The translations under genes were made by a program, and so were the position numbers. Shown here piece after piece: positions 20,932 to 30,781 of a stretch of DNA of 64,000 nucleotides. This DNA comes from Planctomycetota bacterium (GTDB taxonomy: Bacteria > Planctomycetota > UBA8108 > SXIK01), in NCBI GenBank assembly GCA_965223265.1, contig OZ244999.1, forward strand, positions 6,080,001 to 6,144,000, in the 5' to 3' direction. Positions within the stretch are counted from its first letter, which is position 1, and each line of letters starts with the position of its first letter. Below the pieces are notes generated by a model. That model saw only the letters and a program-made list of their open reading frames with translations. It ran no database searches and was not told the DNA's origin.

Positions 20932-21657
20932 ATGTCACGTACGAAAGACAATCGTTTGAGTCACCTGCGTGGATCATGTTCCGGCCGCCGCTGCTTTGTC
21001 TTGGGGAACGGACGGAGCCTAAGCGAAACTGACCTCCGAAAGCTCAAAGGTGAGGTCACGATCGGGTGCAATGGTTTGTACCTCCTCTTTGATCGGATGG
21101 GTTATACGCCAACATTTTACATGGTCGGAGATCCCCTGGTCGCGCGGCAAAGTGCACCGAAAGTCTGTAACATCCGTGACTCCACGAAGGTTTTTCCGTT
21201 GGATCTTCGGGATTGGCTTGCTCCGGATCGAAACACTGTTTATTTCGAAGTTGACCGAAGTCAGAAGCAGCCATTCCGATTTAGCGATGACCTTGGCGAG
21301 GTTGGCTATTGGGGGGGCTGTGTTCTTTACTTCGCGCTCCAACTTGCCTGGTATATTGGCTGCCGCGATGTGTACTTGGTCGGAGTCGATCAGGACTACC
21401 GTTTACCGCCTCGGGCGCAGTTTGAGGGCGTTTTACGTCTCGACACGGATGACCCATGCAATCATTTCGATCCGAACTATCTCGAGCGATGTTGTATTCG
21501 GGAGTACCATCTCCCAAGAGTTGACTTGATGGCGAGAGGGTTCGAACAGGCCAGAGAGTTCTACGATTCGCATGGCGGCAGGATTTCGAACGCAACCGTC
21601 GGTGGAAAGCTCGAGGTTTTTTCTCGGGTGTCCTTTGAGGGGTTGTTCCAATCATGA
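20932..21657 (+). CDS. DUF115/MptE-like (Maf-type) glycan-modification protein
   Basis: RCFVLGNGRSL..IGCNG..ALQLAWYIG..VYLVGVD..NHFDPNY..NATVGGKLEVF. Confidence 0.8.
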   Translation: MSRTKDNRLSHLRGSCSGRRCFVLGNGRSLSETDLRKLKGEVTIGCNGLYLLFDRMGYTPTFYMVGDPLVARQSAPKVCNIRDSTKVFPLDLRDWLAPDRNTVYFEVDRSQKQPFRFSDDLGEVGYWGGCVLYFALQLAWYIGCRDVYLVGVDQDYRLPPRAQFEGVLRLDTDDPCNHFDPNYLERCCIREYHLPRVDLMARGFEQAREFYDSHGGRISNATVGGKLEVFSRVSFEGLFQS

Positions 21658-21819
21658 GGCGAAGCATCGGGAAGAGCGCTGTCGTTCGTGGCACCATCAG
21701 CCCGTTGTCGTTGAGGTAGCGCTGGCTTCTGATATGTGTGTAGGCGCAAGCAGTTTCTTCGAGCTTCTGAGCTCTAAAAAAAGCACGCAAAAACAAGGGG
21801 AATGGCGGTTCTGCGAAGT

Positions 21820-21871
21820 ATGGAGAGACCACAAGTAACGAGAATCACTGACGCTCTCTTGAGCGCGATGT
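21820..21871 (+). pseudogene. 5' stub of a 2OG-Fe(II) oxygenase paralog
   Basis: MERPQVTRITDALLSAM resembles MENQVEPRITDVLLKAI at 28610. Confidence 0.5.
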
Positions 21872-21944
21872 GTTACCGAGCACGCTAATCCAGGCGTTCA
21901 GGGTCACGGTATTCCAGGATGAATGGTGTCAGTTGGTGGGATTG

Positions 21945-21989
21945 CCGTCCCGTCCCAGCGCATCTCCGTGATGTGTTGGGACGGGACGG
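21945..21989 (+). repeat. 20-bp hairpin
   Basis: CCGTCCCGTCCCAGCGCATC-TCCGT-GATGTGTTGGGACGGGACGG; both mismatches are G-U on the + strand. Confidence 0.75.
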
Positions 21990-22220
21990 ATGTTGATCAC
22001 CCCCCTCCCGTCCCCCCGCAAGCGGGGGAGGCGGATAGGAGGCATGGGGGGCCAAATCCGGAAGTTGATTGAGGAGGATGAAGAGAGGGGAGCCAGCCGC
22101 TTGTGAATGACTCCCCCCAAGCCGATAGACCTTCCGTGTCCTTCCGGCAAGCCTGCATGATCACGGGGGAGAATTTCGATATCGTCAGCGGTCCAACCCA
22201 ATCCAAAAGGAGGACCGCCG

Positions 22221-22491
22221 ATGCCCCGCAGAGCCGAACCGACACCTCGCCGACTTGAGACCGCACGCCTGCGCTTCGAGGAGTGGCGCGCCGAGCGCAA
22301 GCGTGGAGCGCGCATTCCGAAACGACTCTGGTCGCAGGCGGTCGAGCTTGCGAAAGAGTTTGGACTGCACCGCACCTCACGCGCGCTGGGGGTCGATTAC
22401 GCGACATTGAAAAGACGAGCAGGCGCAGTCGGTGAACCAGTCGTCGAGACACCGGAGCGCGGCGGCTTCGTCGAAGTCGCAGCCCTCCCGC
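22221..22491 (+). pseudogene. IS66 accessory TnpA-like HTH, truncated by IS21
   Basis: RIPKRLWSQAVELAKEFGLHRTSRALGVDYATLKRR..FVEV; possible IS66 left end GTTACCGAGCAC at about 21872. Confidence 0.7.
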
Positions 22492-22689
22492 TGCGGGATC
22501 CGGACGAAAGCGGCCACCGATTCCAGACGAATCCGATCACCCATTCCGATTGATTGCGATCACCGATTCCGAGGGAATCCGATCAGTGATTCCGATTGAA
22601 TCTGGTCACTTTTTCGATTGGTCTCGGAATTGCTGTAGCTGAGTTTGATTGGCGCTGGGCAACCGTCTGTCATGGGCACCTGAAAGGAG

Positions 22690-23428
22690 AAACCTTCGAG
22701 GACCTCGGCGCTTCGGCCCTCACCAGCCCAGATCACCCGTCCACGATCGTGGTCGACAACTATCGTCAGGTACCGATGCCTCTTTCGGTAGCTGAACTCG
22801 TCGACTCCGATGCGACGCAGATCCTCGAGACGCTCGGGATCGAGTCGCGCAGCGACAATACGCTCGACGATCGCCCCTACCGTAACCCACGAGATTCCCA
22901 TCAGCTTGGCGACCTTCGTCTTGTCGGTGCCTTGCGCCAGGTAGGCGACCATCTCCTCGAAGTCGCGGGTGAAGCGGCTTTGGGGCGTCGCCCACGGCAC
23001 TTCCTCGACGCGCACGCCACAGCGAGGGCAATCAACGCGCTGTGGCGCGTAGGAAAGCAAGATTGAGTAGCGCCCGAGTGCGAGGTGCCGCCACTTGCGC
23101 GCTGGCTTCCTGTCATAGCCTGGCGCCTGTTTGCTGCAGCCGCTGCAGCGCGGCAAGCGCCAGCGGGACTGAACATGAACCACGAGGCCATCGAATGCGA
23201 AGTCGACGTTCTTAACGAGGAGTTTGGTGACACCGAGAAGCTTTCGCAATACGGTGGTAACGCGCACGGGTTCTTGCCTCCTGTAGTCGTGGAAAACCAC
23301 AGAAAAGCAGGAACTTCGTGCGCGTTTCCACCTCCAAGGGGCAGGAGTGGGCGGCCAAGCGGCCGCGAGCGCCAACTCCTGGCGCTCGATGGCTCCGTCA
23401 GGTCACCCACTCTGACTTTAGGAGAGCC
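22690..23428 (-). pseudogene. ISL3 5' fragment (left IR and transposase N-terminus, start about 23267)
   Basis: Zn finger CSGC..RVDCPRC, VPWA..SRFT, IGVDEFSYRKRHRYLTIV; IR GGCTCTCCTAAAG at 23428. Confidence 0.85.
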
Positions 23429-24035
23429 GAAATTGGCTGGCCCCTACCGCAGGGGGTTGACGATGGAGAGCTCGAGAAGCTCCTCTTCGTTCGCAGGGAA
23501 GAGCAGCGCAGGGGGCGCCCGCTTCCCGATTGGTCCCACATTCATACCGAGCTCAGGCGGAAGCATGTCACCTTGATGCTCCTATGGCAGGAGTACAAGG
23601 CCGAACATATAGATGGCTACCAGTACAGCCAGTTCTGCGAGCTCTATCGCGCCTGGCGCGGCAAGCTCTCCGTGTGGATGCGCCAGGTACATCGTGGCGG
23701 GGAGAAGCTCTTTGTCGACTACTCTGGAGACGGCATCGAGTGGATCGATCCGAAGACCGGCGAGGTCCACGAGGCACAACTCTTCGTCGCCGTCTTCGGC
23801 GCCTCCAACTTCACCTATGCCGAGGTGACGCACAGGCAGCAACTGCGTGACTGGGTCAGTGCTCAAGTCAACGCCCTGAAGTATTTCGAGGGAGTGCCGG
23901 AGGTTGTCGTTCCGGACCCTGCAGTCAACCGCATCTGTCGATACGACCCGGAGACCAATCCGACCTACGCGGAGTTCGCTCGCCACTACCAGACGTGCAT
24001 CCTGCCGGCCCGCCCCCGAAAACCGCGTGACAAGG
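23429..24035 (+). pseudogene. istA: IS21 IstA central part
   Basis: LLWQEYK..GYQYSQFC..GEKLFVDYSG..FGASNFTYAE..PARPRKPRDK. Confidence 0.85.
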
Positions 24036-24054
24036 AGTACGCTTCATACTGCAC

Positions 24055-26130
24055 CTATTCCCTTCTTTGCGTGGCAGGTTTTCTCGCCGCCGCTCGGTTC
24101 GGGCGGCATTTCCACTTGTACTTCTGCGGACGATCATCTCCGAGAGGTTCGTAGAGGTAGTCGTTTCGGTCGTTGTAGGCGTGAGCTTGCAGGAGTCCAC
24201 GGCGACGCCAAGTCTTGACGGTGCAACGTGAGACATCGAGCTCTTGGGCGACCTCCTCCTGAGTGAGCATGCCGGCTTCTCGCAGGCGATCATAGCGGGG
24301 CTTGAGCTCGTAGTCCATCCGGAGCCGCCGTACCATGAGGCGGTCGAAGGAAAGCCCTTCGCCAGAACGATGTCCAGCGGCGTTCAGTTTGGCGGCGATC
24401 TGTACGTCGGTGTAGTTGTCGAGAAGCCGATCGATTTCCGCGATGACCTGCGGATGGGTCTGGCGTCGCTGCCAAGCCGGAATGGGGCGAGGCAGTGTGA
24501 AGGTGCGTAGCGCGCCGCCGCGGAACCGCACCTTCACTGCGATCGCCTCTTCCTTGCGGAGCGTCACGTCCTCGAGCAATAGACGCACCATGCGTTTTCG
24601 TTCCCTCGCCGGTGTTTTCGGATCATTCCATAGCCGGGGGATATCGGTAGCGAGCTCGAGGATGCGAGCGTGTTCTTCCTTGTTGAGGATGACTCGATCT
24701 GCTTCTCTCTCGCGTTCGTACTCTGCCTCCGCCTCGCGCTGAGTCCGGAGCTTCCGATTCCAATCCGCTTCGAGTTCGTCAGCGACCAGACGGTTGTCGG
24801 GGTCTACCTGCAAGTAGCGACGACGAGCGAGTTCCGTTTCGTAGCGAGCCCGCTCCACCTGCTGAGATCGCAGCCGATCGGCCTCGTCGAGGCGCGCCTG
24901 GATCTCTTCCTGGACAGCGAGCGTTACCTCGAGTGCCATGGGACTCACGGCCTCGATCAGAAGAGTGCCGATCGCCTCGTCGATGCTTGCTCCGGGAACG
25001 CATTGACACGACGGCGTAGCCTTCCGGATTCCCTCGCGTTGACACATATAGACGGGCTGGAGCTGACCGCGGTTTCTCTCATAGCGTACCGTCATACGTT
25101 TACCACAGACCCCGCAGACTACGAGCCCTTGCAGGAGTGCCGGGCCTTCGCGCGGAGGGCTGCGTTTGCGGTCGTCGCCGTGAGCGCGCGCATTCTCCGT
25201 GAGGCGCCTCTGGTTCTCTTCGAATTCCTCTATTGGGATATATCCAGGATGCGCACCGGGTACGAAGGCCGTCCATTCTTCGCGCGGCAATAGACGATAG
25301 CGCTGACCGGTGACATCCGGAAGTTTCCGTTGACGCATGCGACCGTAGAAGAAGACTCCGGCGTAGCGAGGATTGTGCAAGACATGCAGTACCAGAGAGT
25401 GATCGAGTTCGGCCCAGAGGATCTCTCCTTTGCTTGGTCCTGTCCGTGCCTTTCGTGGGAAGCGAAGTCCCTTCTCGCGGAACGCTTTCACCGTCGCTGT
25501 TGCTGAGCCGACTCGACGAAAGGTACGGAATAGCATCTGTATTGCGTCCCGCACCTGTCGGTCGGGGTGGAGCACGACTCGTCCTTCGGTATCGTAAATA
25601 AATCCTATGGGCAGCTTCGAACGGAGCTCTCCCCGACGAGCCTTGTTGATGATCCCTCCCTGCAACCTGGCCTTCAGAACATGCAGCTCAGCCTCACTCA
25701 TCGTCCCCTTCAGTCCCAAGAGAAGACGGTCGTTGAAGTGGGCCGGATCATAGATCCCGTCCTCATCGAGGATCAGAGTGTCCGTTAGGGCACAGATCTC
25801 AAGCAGTCGGTGCCAGTCGCTGGAGTTGCGAGCTAGACGCGAAACTTCCAGCCCCATGACGATCCCTGCGCGACCAAGACCGACCTCCGTCACCAACATC
25901 TGAAAGCCCTCTCGTTCGGTCGACGAGGCACCTGACTGCCCAAGATCGCTGTCGATGACGACGACCCGCTCGGCAGGCCAGCCGAGGGCTAGCGCGCGCT
26001 GCTTCAAGTCGTACTGTCTTTTTGTGCTCTCGGTGTTCTCGAACACCTGCCGTAGCGTTGACTGACGAATGTAGAGGTATGCATTGCGAGCAAGATGCCG
26101 TGAGTCAACCTTCTGGTGGGCTTCGTTCAT
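24055..26130 (-). CDS. Large serine recombinase (resolvase + recombinase + Zn ribbon)
   Basis: YLYIRQST catalytic Ser, EVSRLARN, LHNPRYAG, LLQGLVVCGVCG, coiled coil, C-terminal HTH. Confidence 0.95.
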   Translation of the reverse strand: MNEAHQKVDSRHLARNAYLYIRQSTLRQVFENTESTKRQYDLKQRALALGWPAERVVVIDSDLGQSGASSTEREGFQMLVTEVGLGRAGIVMGLEVSRLARNSSDWHRLLEICALTDTLILDEDGIYDPAHFNDRLLLGLKGTMSEAELHVLKARLQGGIINKARRGELRSKLPIGFIYDTEGRVVLHPDRQVRDAIQMLFRTFRRVGSATATVKAFREKGLRFPRKARTGPSKGEILWAELDHSLVLHVLHNPRYAGVFFYGRMRQRKLPDVTGQRYRLLPREEWTAFVPGAHPGYIPIEEFEENQRRLTENARAHGDDRKRSPPREGPALLQGLVVCGVCGKRMTVRYERNRGQLQPVYMCQREGIRKATPSCQCVPGASIDEAIGTLLIEAVSPMALEVTLAVQEEIQARLDEADRLRSQQVERARYETELARRRYLQVDPDNRLVADELEADWNRKLRTQREAEAEYEREREADRVILNKEEHARILELATDIPRLWNDPKTPARERKRMVRLLLEDVTLRKEEAIAVKVRFRGGALRTFTLPRPIPAWQRRQTHPQVIAEIDRLLDNYTDVQIAAKLNAAGHRSGEGLSFDRLMVRRLRMDYELKPRYDRLREAGMLTQEEVAQELDVSRCTVKTWRRRGLLQAHAYNDRNDYLYEPLGDDRPQKYKWKCRPNRAAARKPATQRRE

Positions 26131-26438
26131 GTGATGTCTCCAGCTTTTTCCCGCTCCAGCGCCATCCCCGCCAACACCACAACCACGTCCGAGCCGAGCG
26201 CACGGGGGATCACCGCCGCGGAGGAACGACCTGGCTGGGGTTCAATCGAGGAGGCACCGAGAAACTCAGTCCAAGCCTGCATCCAGGCCGCCATCCCACG
26301 GTGGACGAAGAGTGCGTACGCGTGTCTTCGAGAAGAACTGCCGCCTGCTGCCAGTGCGCCGCGCCGTAGCTCTTCGTATCGTGCCATAGACTCCCCCGGC
26401 TCTGAGTTCGAAGTGGCCGAGGAAGTCGCAGTAGTCAC
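26127..26438 (-). CDS. Small accessory protein of the recombinase element
   Basis: YEELR..ALFVHRGMAAWMQAW..VVLAGMAL; 4-bp overlaps on both sides (alternative start ATG 26387). Confidence 0.65.
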   Translation of the reverse strand: MTTATSSATSNSEPGESMARYEELRRGALAAGGSSSRRHAYALFVHRGMAAWMQAWTEFLGASSIEPQPGRSSAAVIPRALGSDVVVVLAGMALEREKAGDIT

Positions 26439-26902
26439 TGCCGTTTTTTTTTCCGGCGCCTGAGCGCCCGTTGAACGCTGCGAGGGTGAACTTTGATATC
26501 GAACCGCTCTTCGATACGTGTTGCTAGCTGGGACGGTGAAAGAGAGCTGTCCTCTGTGAGAGCACTCTCGGCGAAGTCGAGCACGTCGTCTTTGAGTTTG
26601 TGCCGGCTGCGTGGTCCTCGTTTTCGCGGCACGAGACCAGGTATCCCGTCGCGTGCAAGCGCGGCCTGAGCGGCATAGAACGCTGGCCGGGAGAACCCGA
26701 ACGACTTGGCACAGTCGCTGACTGACGCCCCCTCGATCTGAGCCCGTCGAAGCATCTCGTACTTGACCTGAACCAGGTCCCGAGGGTCGAAGAACTCGTC
26801 GTCGGTGAAGAGGGGGTCGGTGACTTTCTCCGGCTGGCGATTGAGCGCCTGGTGCTCGAGGAGATGGGTCTCCTTTGGATCCTTCGGTTTTCGCGGGCTC
26901 AT
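26435..26902 (-). CDS. HTH DNA-binding accessory protein
   Basis: FFDPRDLVQVKYEMLRR..FGFSRPAFY..GLVPRKRGP..VHPRSVQRAL; RBS GGAGG. Confidence 0.85.
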   Translation of the reverse strand: MSPRKPKDPKETHLLEHQALNRQPEKVTDPLFTDDEFFDPRDLVQVKYEMLRRAQIEGASVSDCAKSFGFSRPAFYAAQAALARDGIPGLVPRKRGPRSRHKLKDDVLDFAESALTEDSSLSPSQLATRIEERFDIKVHPRSVQRALRRRKKKRQ

Positions 26903-27019
26903 GCAGACCTCCAGGTGACACCGAGAAGTATGTAATATAAATTACATCCCTAATCGCCTCGGTGTCAAGGTTCATTCTCGGAACGCCAAGGCCTATAAAT
27001 AATTGGGTATTAGGCAAGC

Positions 27020-27400
27020 TTACCCCTGCTCACCCTGCCCATCTTTCGGGACGTATTTTACTTTACCTTCATGGACGTCTTTTCCTTTACACTCTCCATC
27101 CTTCTCGGAACGATCGCTTCCCTCCACGTTCGTCACCAGCTCTACAAGGCGCAGGAGGTCGGCGACCCTGAAGAAGGCGCGGCCGGCAGAGACGACCACG
27201 AATGGATCCTCGGCACAAATGCTCGTCCAGCTCGCCGGCAGGCGCCGAAGACTCCCGTGATCGTCGTGGAAGTAGACTCGCTCCTCGCCCCAAACCTTGC
27301 CCAGCTCGACCAGCACGAACTCCCGTCCACAAAGCGGGTGAAAGGGGTGAGTGACTCGGAAAAGCTGCTTCGCATCTTTTCCGTCGACGGCATTCGACAA
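27020..27400 (-). CDS. DUF5372 (Y4bD/Y4pK-like) protein lacking its own ATG in the integrated state
   Basis: FRVTHPFHPLCG..WGEERV..LPASWT..DPFV..SAGRAFFRVADL. Confidence 0.75.
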   Translation of the reverse strand: MSNAVDGKDAKQLFRVTHPFHPLCGREFVLVELGKVWGEERVYFHDDHGSLRRLPASWTSICAEDPFVVVSAGRAFFRVADLLRLVELVTNVEGSDRSEKDGECKGKDVHEGKVKYVPKDGQGEQG

Positions 27401-27412
27401 CTTCTTCCAAGG

Positions 27413-28015
27413 CGAAGGTCGAGTCCGGCGTGCTCATCGCGCAACGCTGGATCATTGCCGTCGTCAGGAATCGCACCTTTCATTCCCTCGATGAAGTCAA
27501 CGAGGCGGTCGCTGAGTGTGTCGAGAAGATCAACGATCGTACAATGCGGCGCGTCGACAAGTCGCGTCGCGAACTCTATCTCGAAGTCGACAAACCAAAC
27601 CTGAGCCCTCTTCCCGAAACTCGTTTCGAGTTTTCCGACTGGAAGATCAAGGCCCGAGTGAATCTCGACTACCACGTTGTCTTCGAGAAAAACTACTACT
27701 CCGTCCCGTATCAGCACACGCACCAACATGTCGACATTCGAGCAACGACGGCGACGGTCGAAATCTTCCTTACACAGAAGAGAATCGCCAGCCACGAGCG
27801 AATCGCTGGAAAGCATCGCTACTCGACCAAGGCGGAGCACATGCCTCGCTCCCACCGACAGCACGCCAAGTGGTCGCCTTCACGCCTGATCCGCTGGGGT
27901 GAGACAGTGGGGCCATCAACGGCAACGCTCGTCGAGGCAATTCTCAATGAGAGACCGCATCCTGAGCAGGGCTACCGTGCGTGTCTGGGCATCTTGCGGC
28001 TCGGAAAGGAGCATA
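27413..28015 (+). pseudogene. istA: IS21 IstA C-terminal part
   Basis: AKVESGVLIAQRWI..DYHV..YYSVPY..HMPRSH..HPEQGYRACLGILRL. Confidence 0.85.
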
Positions 28016-28252
28016 GGGCGACCCCTCCTGAGCCCCCGCCGGGGTCGCTCCGGTGCCGCTTTGCGACACCTCCCCACCGCGGCGACCCCACCCTGCCAGA
28101 CTTCGATCAGCGGCGTGCAACACTTGATCAATCCGATCACCTCGAGTACAAACCCTTCAGCCCAGCGTCACCCTCGGGCGGCTGATCGGAATCCTCCGGA
28201 ACAGGTGGTCGAAATCGATCGAAATGGGTGGCCGCTTTCGCTGGAATGCGCA

Positions 28253-28482
28253 CGCAGGGGGTTCTAACCCTCAGTGAGGATGACCCTTGCAACCACTTTG
28301 ACGCGAACTATTTTGAGCGATGCTCCCTCAACGAGTACAATCGCCCAAGGTTAGACCTCATGACGAAGGGGTTTGAGAAGGCCAAGGAGTTTTACGGCGT
28401 TCGTGGTGGGACGATACGTAACGCGACTGTCGGTGGAAAACTTGAGGTCTCTCCTCCGGTGTCTTTTGATAGCTTGTTTTGA
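28253..28482 (+). pseudogene. 3' fragment of a second DUF115/MptE-like gene
   Basis: DDPCNHFDANY..PRLDLM..NATVGGKLEV, clearly homologous to the C-terminus of 20932-21657. Confidence 0.8.
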
Positions 28483-28609
28483 AGTGAAGGGAGTGTTGAA
28501 GACGCTTGTGGATCTCTGGATGAAGTGGTGACGCGAAGTGGGCCCTGAGCCGATCTTGGGCTCTCCGTCGTCTCGGGGGTAGCTTCCGGAGCAAACACCT
28601 CAACTGCGT

Positions 28610-29365
28610 ATGGAAAACCAAGTCGAACCGAGAATCACCGACGTCCTGTTGAAGGCGATATCGCGCGCAGAAGTTTACGTTCAATTGTTGGGAGATTTTC
28701 CACGACCGGAACGCTTCGACGGTGTGGGGCATCCTGACGCTGTTCGCGCGGATGGATCGAGTACTCGTGGGATTTTTTTGCTTGACGTTAGTTCAGCCAC
28801 AGAGCTGACGGACGGCCAACGGGACTTCTGGGATGGGGTGACGAGAGGACTTCGTTCGGACGAAGTCAAGCGAGGGTTTTTCAGGAGACTTCGGAAGGGA
28901 TTGGCGCATCGATACGCGATTTCGACGAGTGACGTCGAGGCCATAGACGCGCATGTCGACATCGTTCTCTCAGCTGATGTCGCTGGATACCGTATTGGGC
29001 CACATCCCGATGGGCCGGAAAAGATAGTGGTTGTACAGTTCTATCTTCCGTTCGATGAAATTCAGCGGGAGTTCGGCACGACTTTCTACCGCCGAAACCG
29101 AGAGGGCTCCTTCGTCACTCTGAGGAAGTGTGATTTCAAACCCAATTCAGGATTCGCATTCGCGAAGTCGCCCGAGAGTTGGCACGCCGTGCCTGAGCCA
29201 CTTCCAAAGTCGGCCAGCCCGCGGTGTTGCATCATGCTCAGGTACTTCGCTCCGGGGCACGCGCCCAGGCGGCTTGGCTATCGCTTTTGTGCTCCCGACG
29301 GTTGGCCGAAACAGCAGCGACCGCCGATCCCGGCTCAGAAGGCAAGCACGTGGTTCATTGACTAA
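28610..29365 (+). CDS. 2OG-Fe(II) oxygenase superfamily protein
   Basis: GYRIGPHPD (HxD), QFYLP..GTTFY, PNSGFAF..SWHAV..R. Confidence 0.8.
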   Translation: MENQVEPRITDVLLKAISRAEVYVQLLGDFPRPERFDGVGHPDAVRADGSSTRGIFLLDVSSATELTDGQRDFWDGVTRGLRSDEVKRGFFRRLRKGLAHRYAISTSDVEAIDAHVDIVLSADVAGYRIGPHPDGPEKIVVVQFYLPFDEIQREFGTTFYRRNREGSFVTLRKCDFKPNSGFAFAKSPESWHAVPEPLPKSASPRCCIMLRYFAPGHAPRRLGYRFCAPDGWPKQQRPPIPAQKASTWFID

Positions 29366-29366
29366 G

Positions 29367-29930
29367 TCAACTTTTAGATTGAACGAATCTGTCAGAGAGG
29401 AATGCAAGAAGCCGTCTATTGTACTCGCGAGCCAAGGAAGTCCACTGACTCAGCGTAAGTCGTTGTGGCCGACCGGGGAACAACTGAGAGACTCGGAGCT
29501 GGGACTGCGCGATCTCGTTTGGGTCACGAAAACAACAAATGAAATGAGGATGCATCAGATGGGGGAGATATAGTCGAACCGTCAAGGTGGTCCGTGGATC
29601 CTTCCAACCCCACAAACTCTTTCCTTTACTCTCGTCACTCAGCAGGGCCTCTATCTCGTCAGAAAACCGTTTACCCTGAGCGACGATAGAGCTCTCACTT
29701 GGAGGCTCCCACCATGAACCACCGGCCGCTTCGAGGATGCGTTCGTTGAGGGCGATGAAACGTATGTTTTCCCAGAACCCCGTAGGATTGTCGCCATTTG
29801 GTGGGAGTAGGTCCTTCCCCATGTGGATCTCGTGCGCAAGGGACTTGGCGACGAGCGAAGTCGCACTTCGATGCATTCCAAGCACGACAAAGGTTTTTCT
29901 GTCTATGGAAGGTTGATCTCTTGCTACCAC
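29367..29930 (-). CDS. Sulfotransferase-family protein
   Basis: VVLGMHRSATS, DNPTGFWE, WGWKDPRT, FRDP. Confidence 0.85.
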   Translation of the reverse strand: MVARDQPSIDRKTFVVLGMHRSATSLVAKSLAHEIHMGKDLLPPNGDNPTGFWENIRFIALNERILEAAGGSWWEPPSESSIVAQGKRFSDEIEALLSDESKGKSLWGWKDPRTTLTVRLYLPHLMHPHFICCFRDPNEIAQSQLRVSQLFPGRPQRLTLSQWTSLAREYNRRLLAFLSDRFVQSKS

Positions 29931-30048
29931 AACGATTCCTTCTCTGCTGCGCCTCGTATTGCCGAGCGGTCCTCATGATCCTAGGGCTACCAAGGGTGCC
30001 ATGTGGGAATCTCCCCGCACGGGCGGGCCGACGTTGGGACTATGAACC

Positions 30049-30642
30049 TCAATCGAGACATAGAAGTCTCTTGATCAGGGTTTCGTCATTTCTCGGGTCG
30101 ATCTTTCCTCCTTCTCGGATGCTTTTCGGTATCTTCGAGTTAAGGGCAGGGTTCGGTTTTCTAAAGTAATCAAATCCGACAAGTTGGAGGGAGCTGTAGA
30201 CTCTCACAAAATTCACGAAAAAGAAAACAGCCTTGCACCCGGCGCTTGGCCAAGATCCATGGCAGCGCTTGAATTCGTCTAAAACGTGGCTTTCCCAGCG
30301 ATAAGTTGCACGTTCCAAGTCTGGAGGCAACGATTCTTCGCGGAGTCTCAGAATATAGCGTGGCGGTGATGTGAACCGAGCATGGAGTTGTGTGTGATAA
30401 CTCCACGGGTCTGACAGTTCAGGTTTCCGAATGTTATTGACCCAGACATCCGTCCTTGATCCCATGCTCTCCAGAAACTTTCGGCGTGGATAGCCTTCGT
30501 TAAACCGGACAACAATGTCGTGGGACTCTATGAATTGGGCTCTCGCACCGCTGGATGTTTCGATTCCATTTCCGACAAGGACAATAGACTTTCGTGAGCA
30601 GAATCTTCGAATCTCGGTTAAACCAACCACTGTGTGAGCCAA
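30049..30642 (-). CDS. GT29 sialyltransferase-like protein
   Basis: IVLVGNG..IESHDIVVRFN..GSRTD (L-motif-like), PSAG..LVGFDYF. Confidence 0.7.
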   Translation of the reverse strand: MAHTVVGLTEIRRFCSRKSIVLVGNGIETSSGARAQFIESHDIVVRFNEGYPRRKFLESMGSRTDVWVNNIRKPELSDPWSYHTQLHARFTSPPRYILRLREESLPPDLERATYRWESHVLDEFKRCHGSWPSAGCKAVFFFVNFVRVYSSLQLVGFDYFRKPNPALNSKIPKSIREGGKIDPRNDETLIKRLLCLD

Positions 30643-30781
30643 CCTTCATGAGACAACTCCGCAATTCGGAGACTATGATCGATGATCGAATTGCATAGAC
30701 CGCCTCGCCACAGTATAGCGGTTCTACTAATGGTGCAGAAGTACTTTTCGAGTTGCGTGAGACGTGGCGTCGGGGCCGTGG

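Larger units (their letters stand above)
24036..27412 (-). mobile_element. Four-gene large serine recombinase element inserted in istA
   Basis: CAAGG core at 24031-24035 and 27408-27412; removal restores istA RDKAKVESG. Confidence 0.9.
22492..28252 (+). mobile_element. Defective IS21-family element (istB missing) hosting an ISL3 fragment and a serine-recombinase element
   Basis: IRs TGCGGGATCCGGACGAAAGCGGCCACC and GGTGGCCGCTTTCGCTGGAATGCGCA, with multiple GATTCCGATCA-like sub-terminal repeats; no TSD. Confidence 0.85.

Noticed and set aside
22500-22612. Short repeat array as CRISPR or ncRNA
   Set aside because: These are the sub-terminal repeats of the IS21 end, mirrored at 28180-28252.
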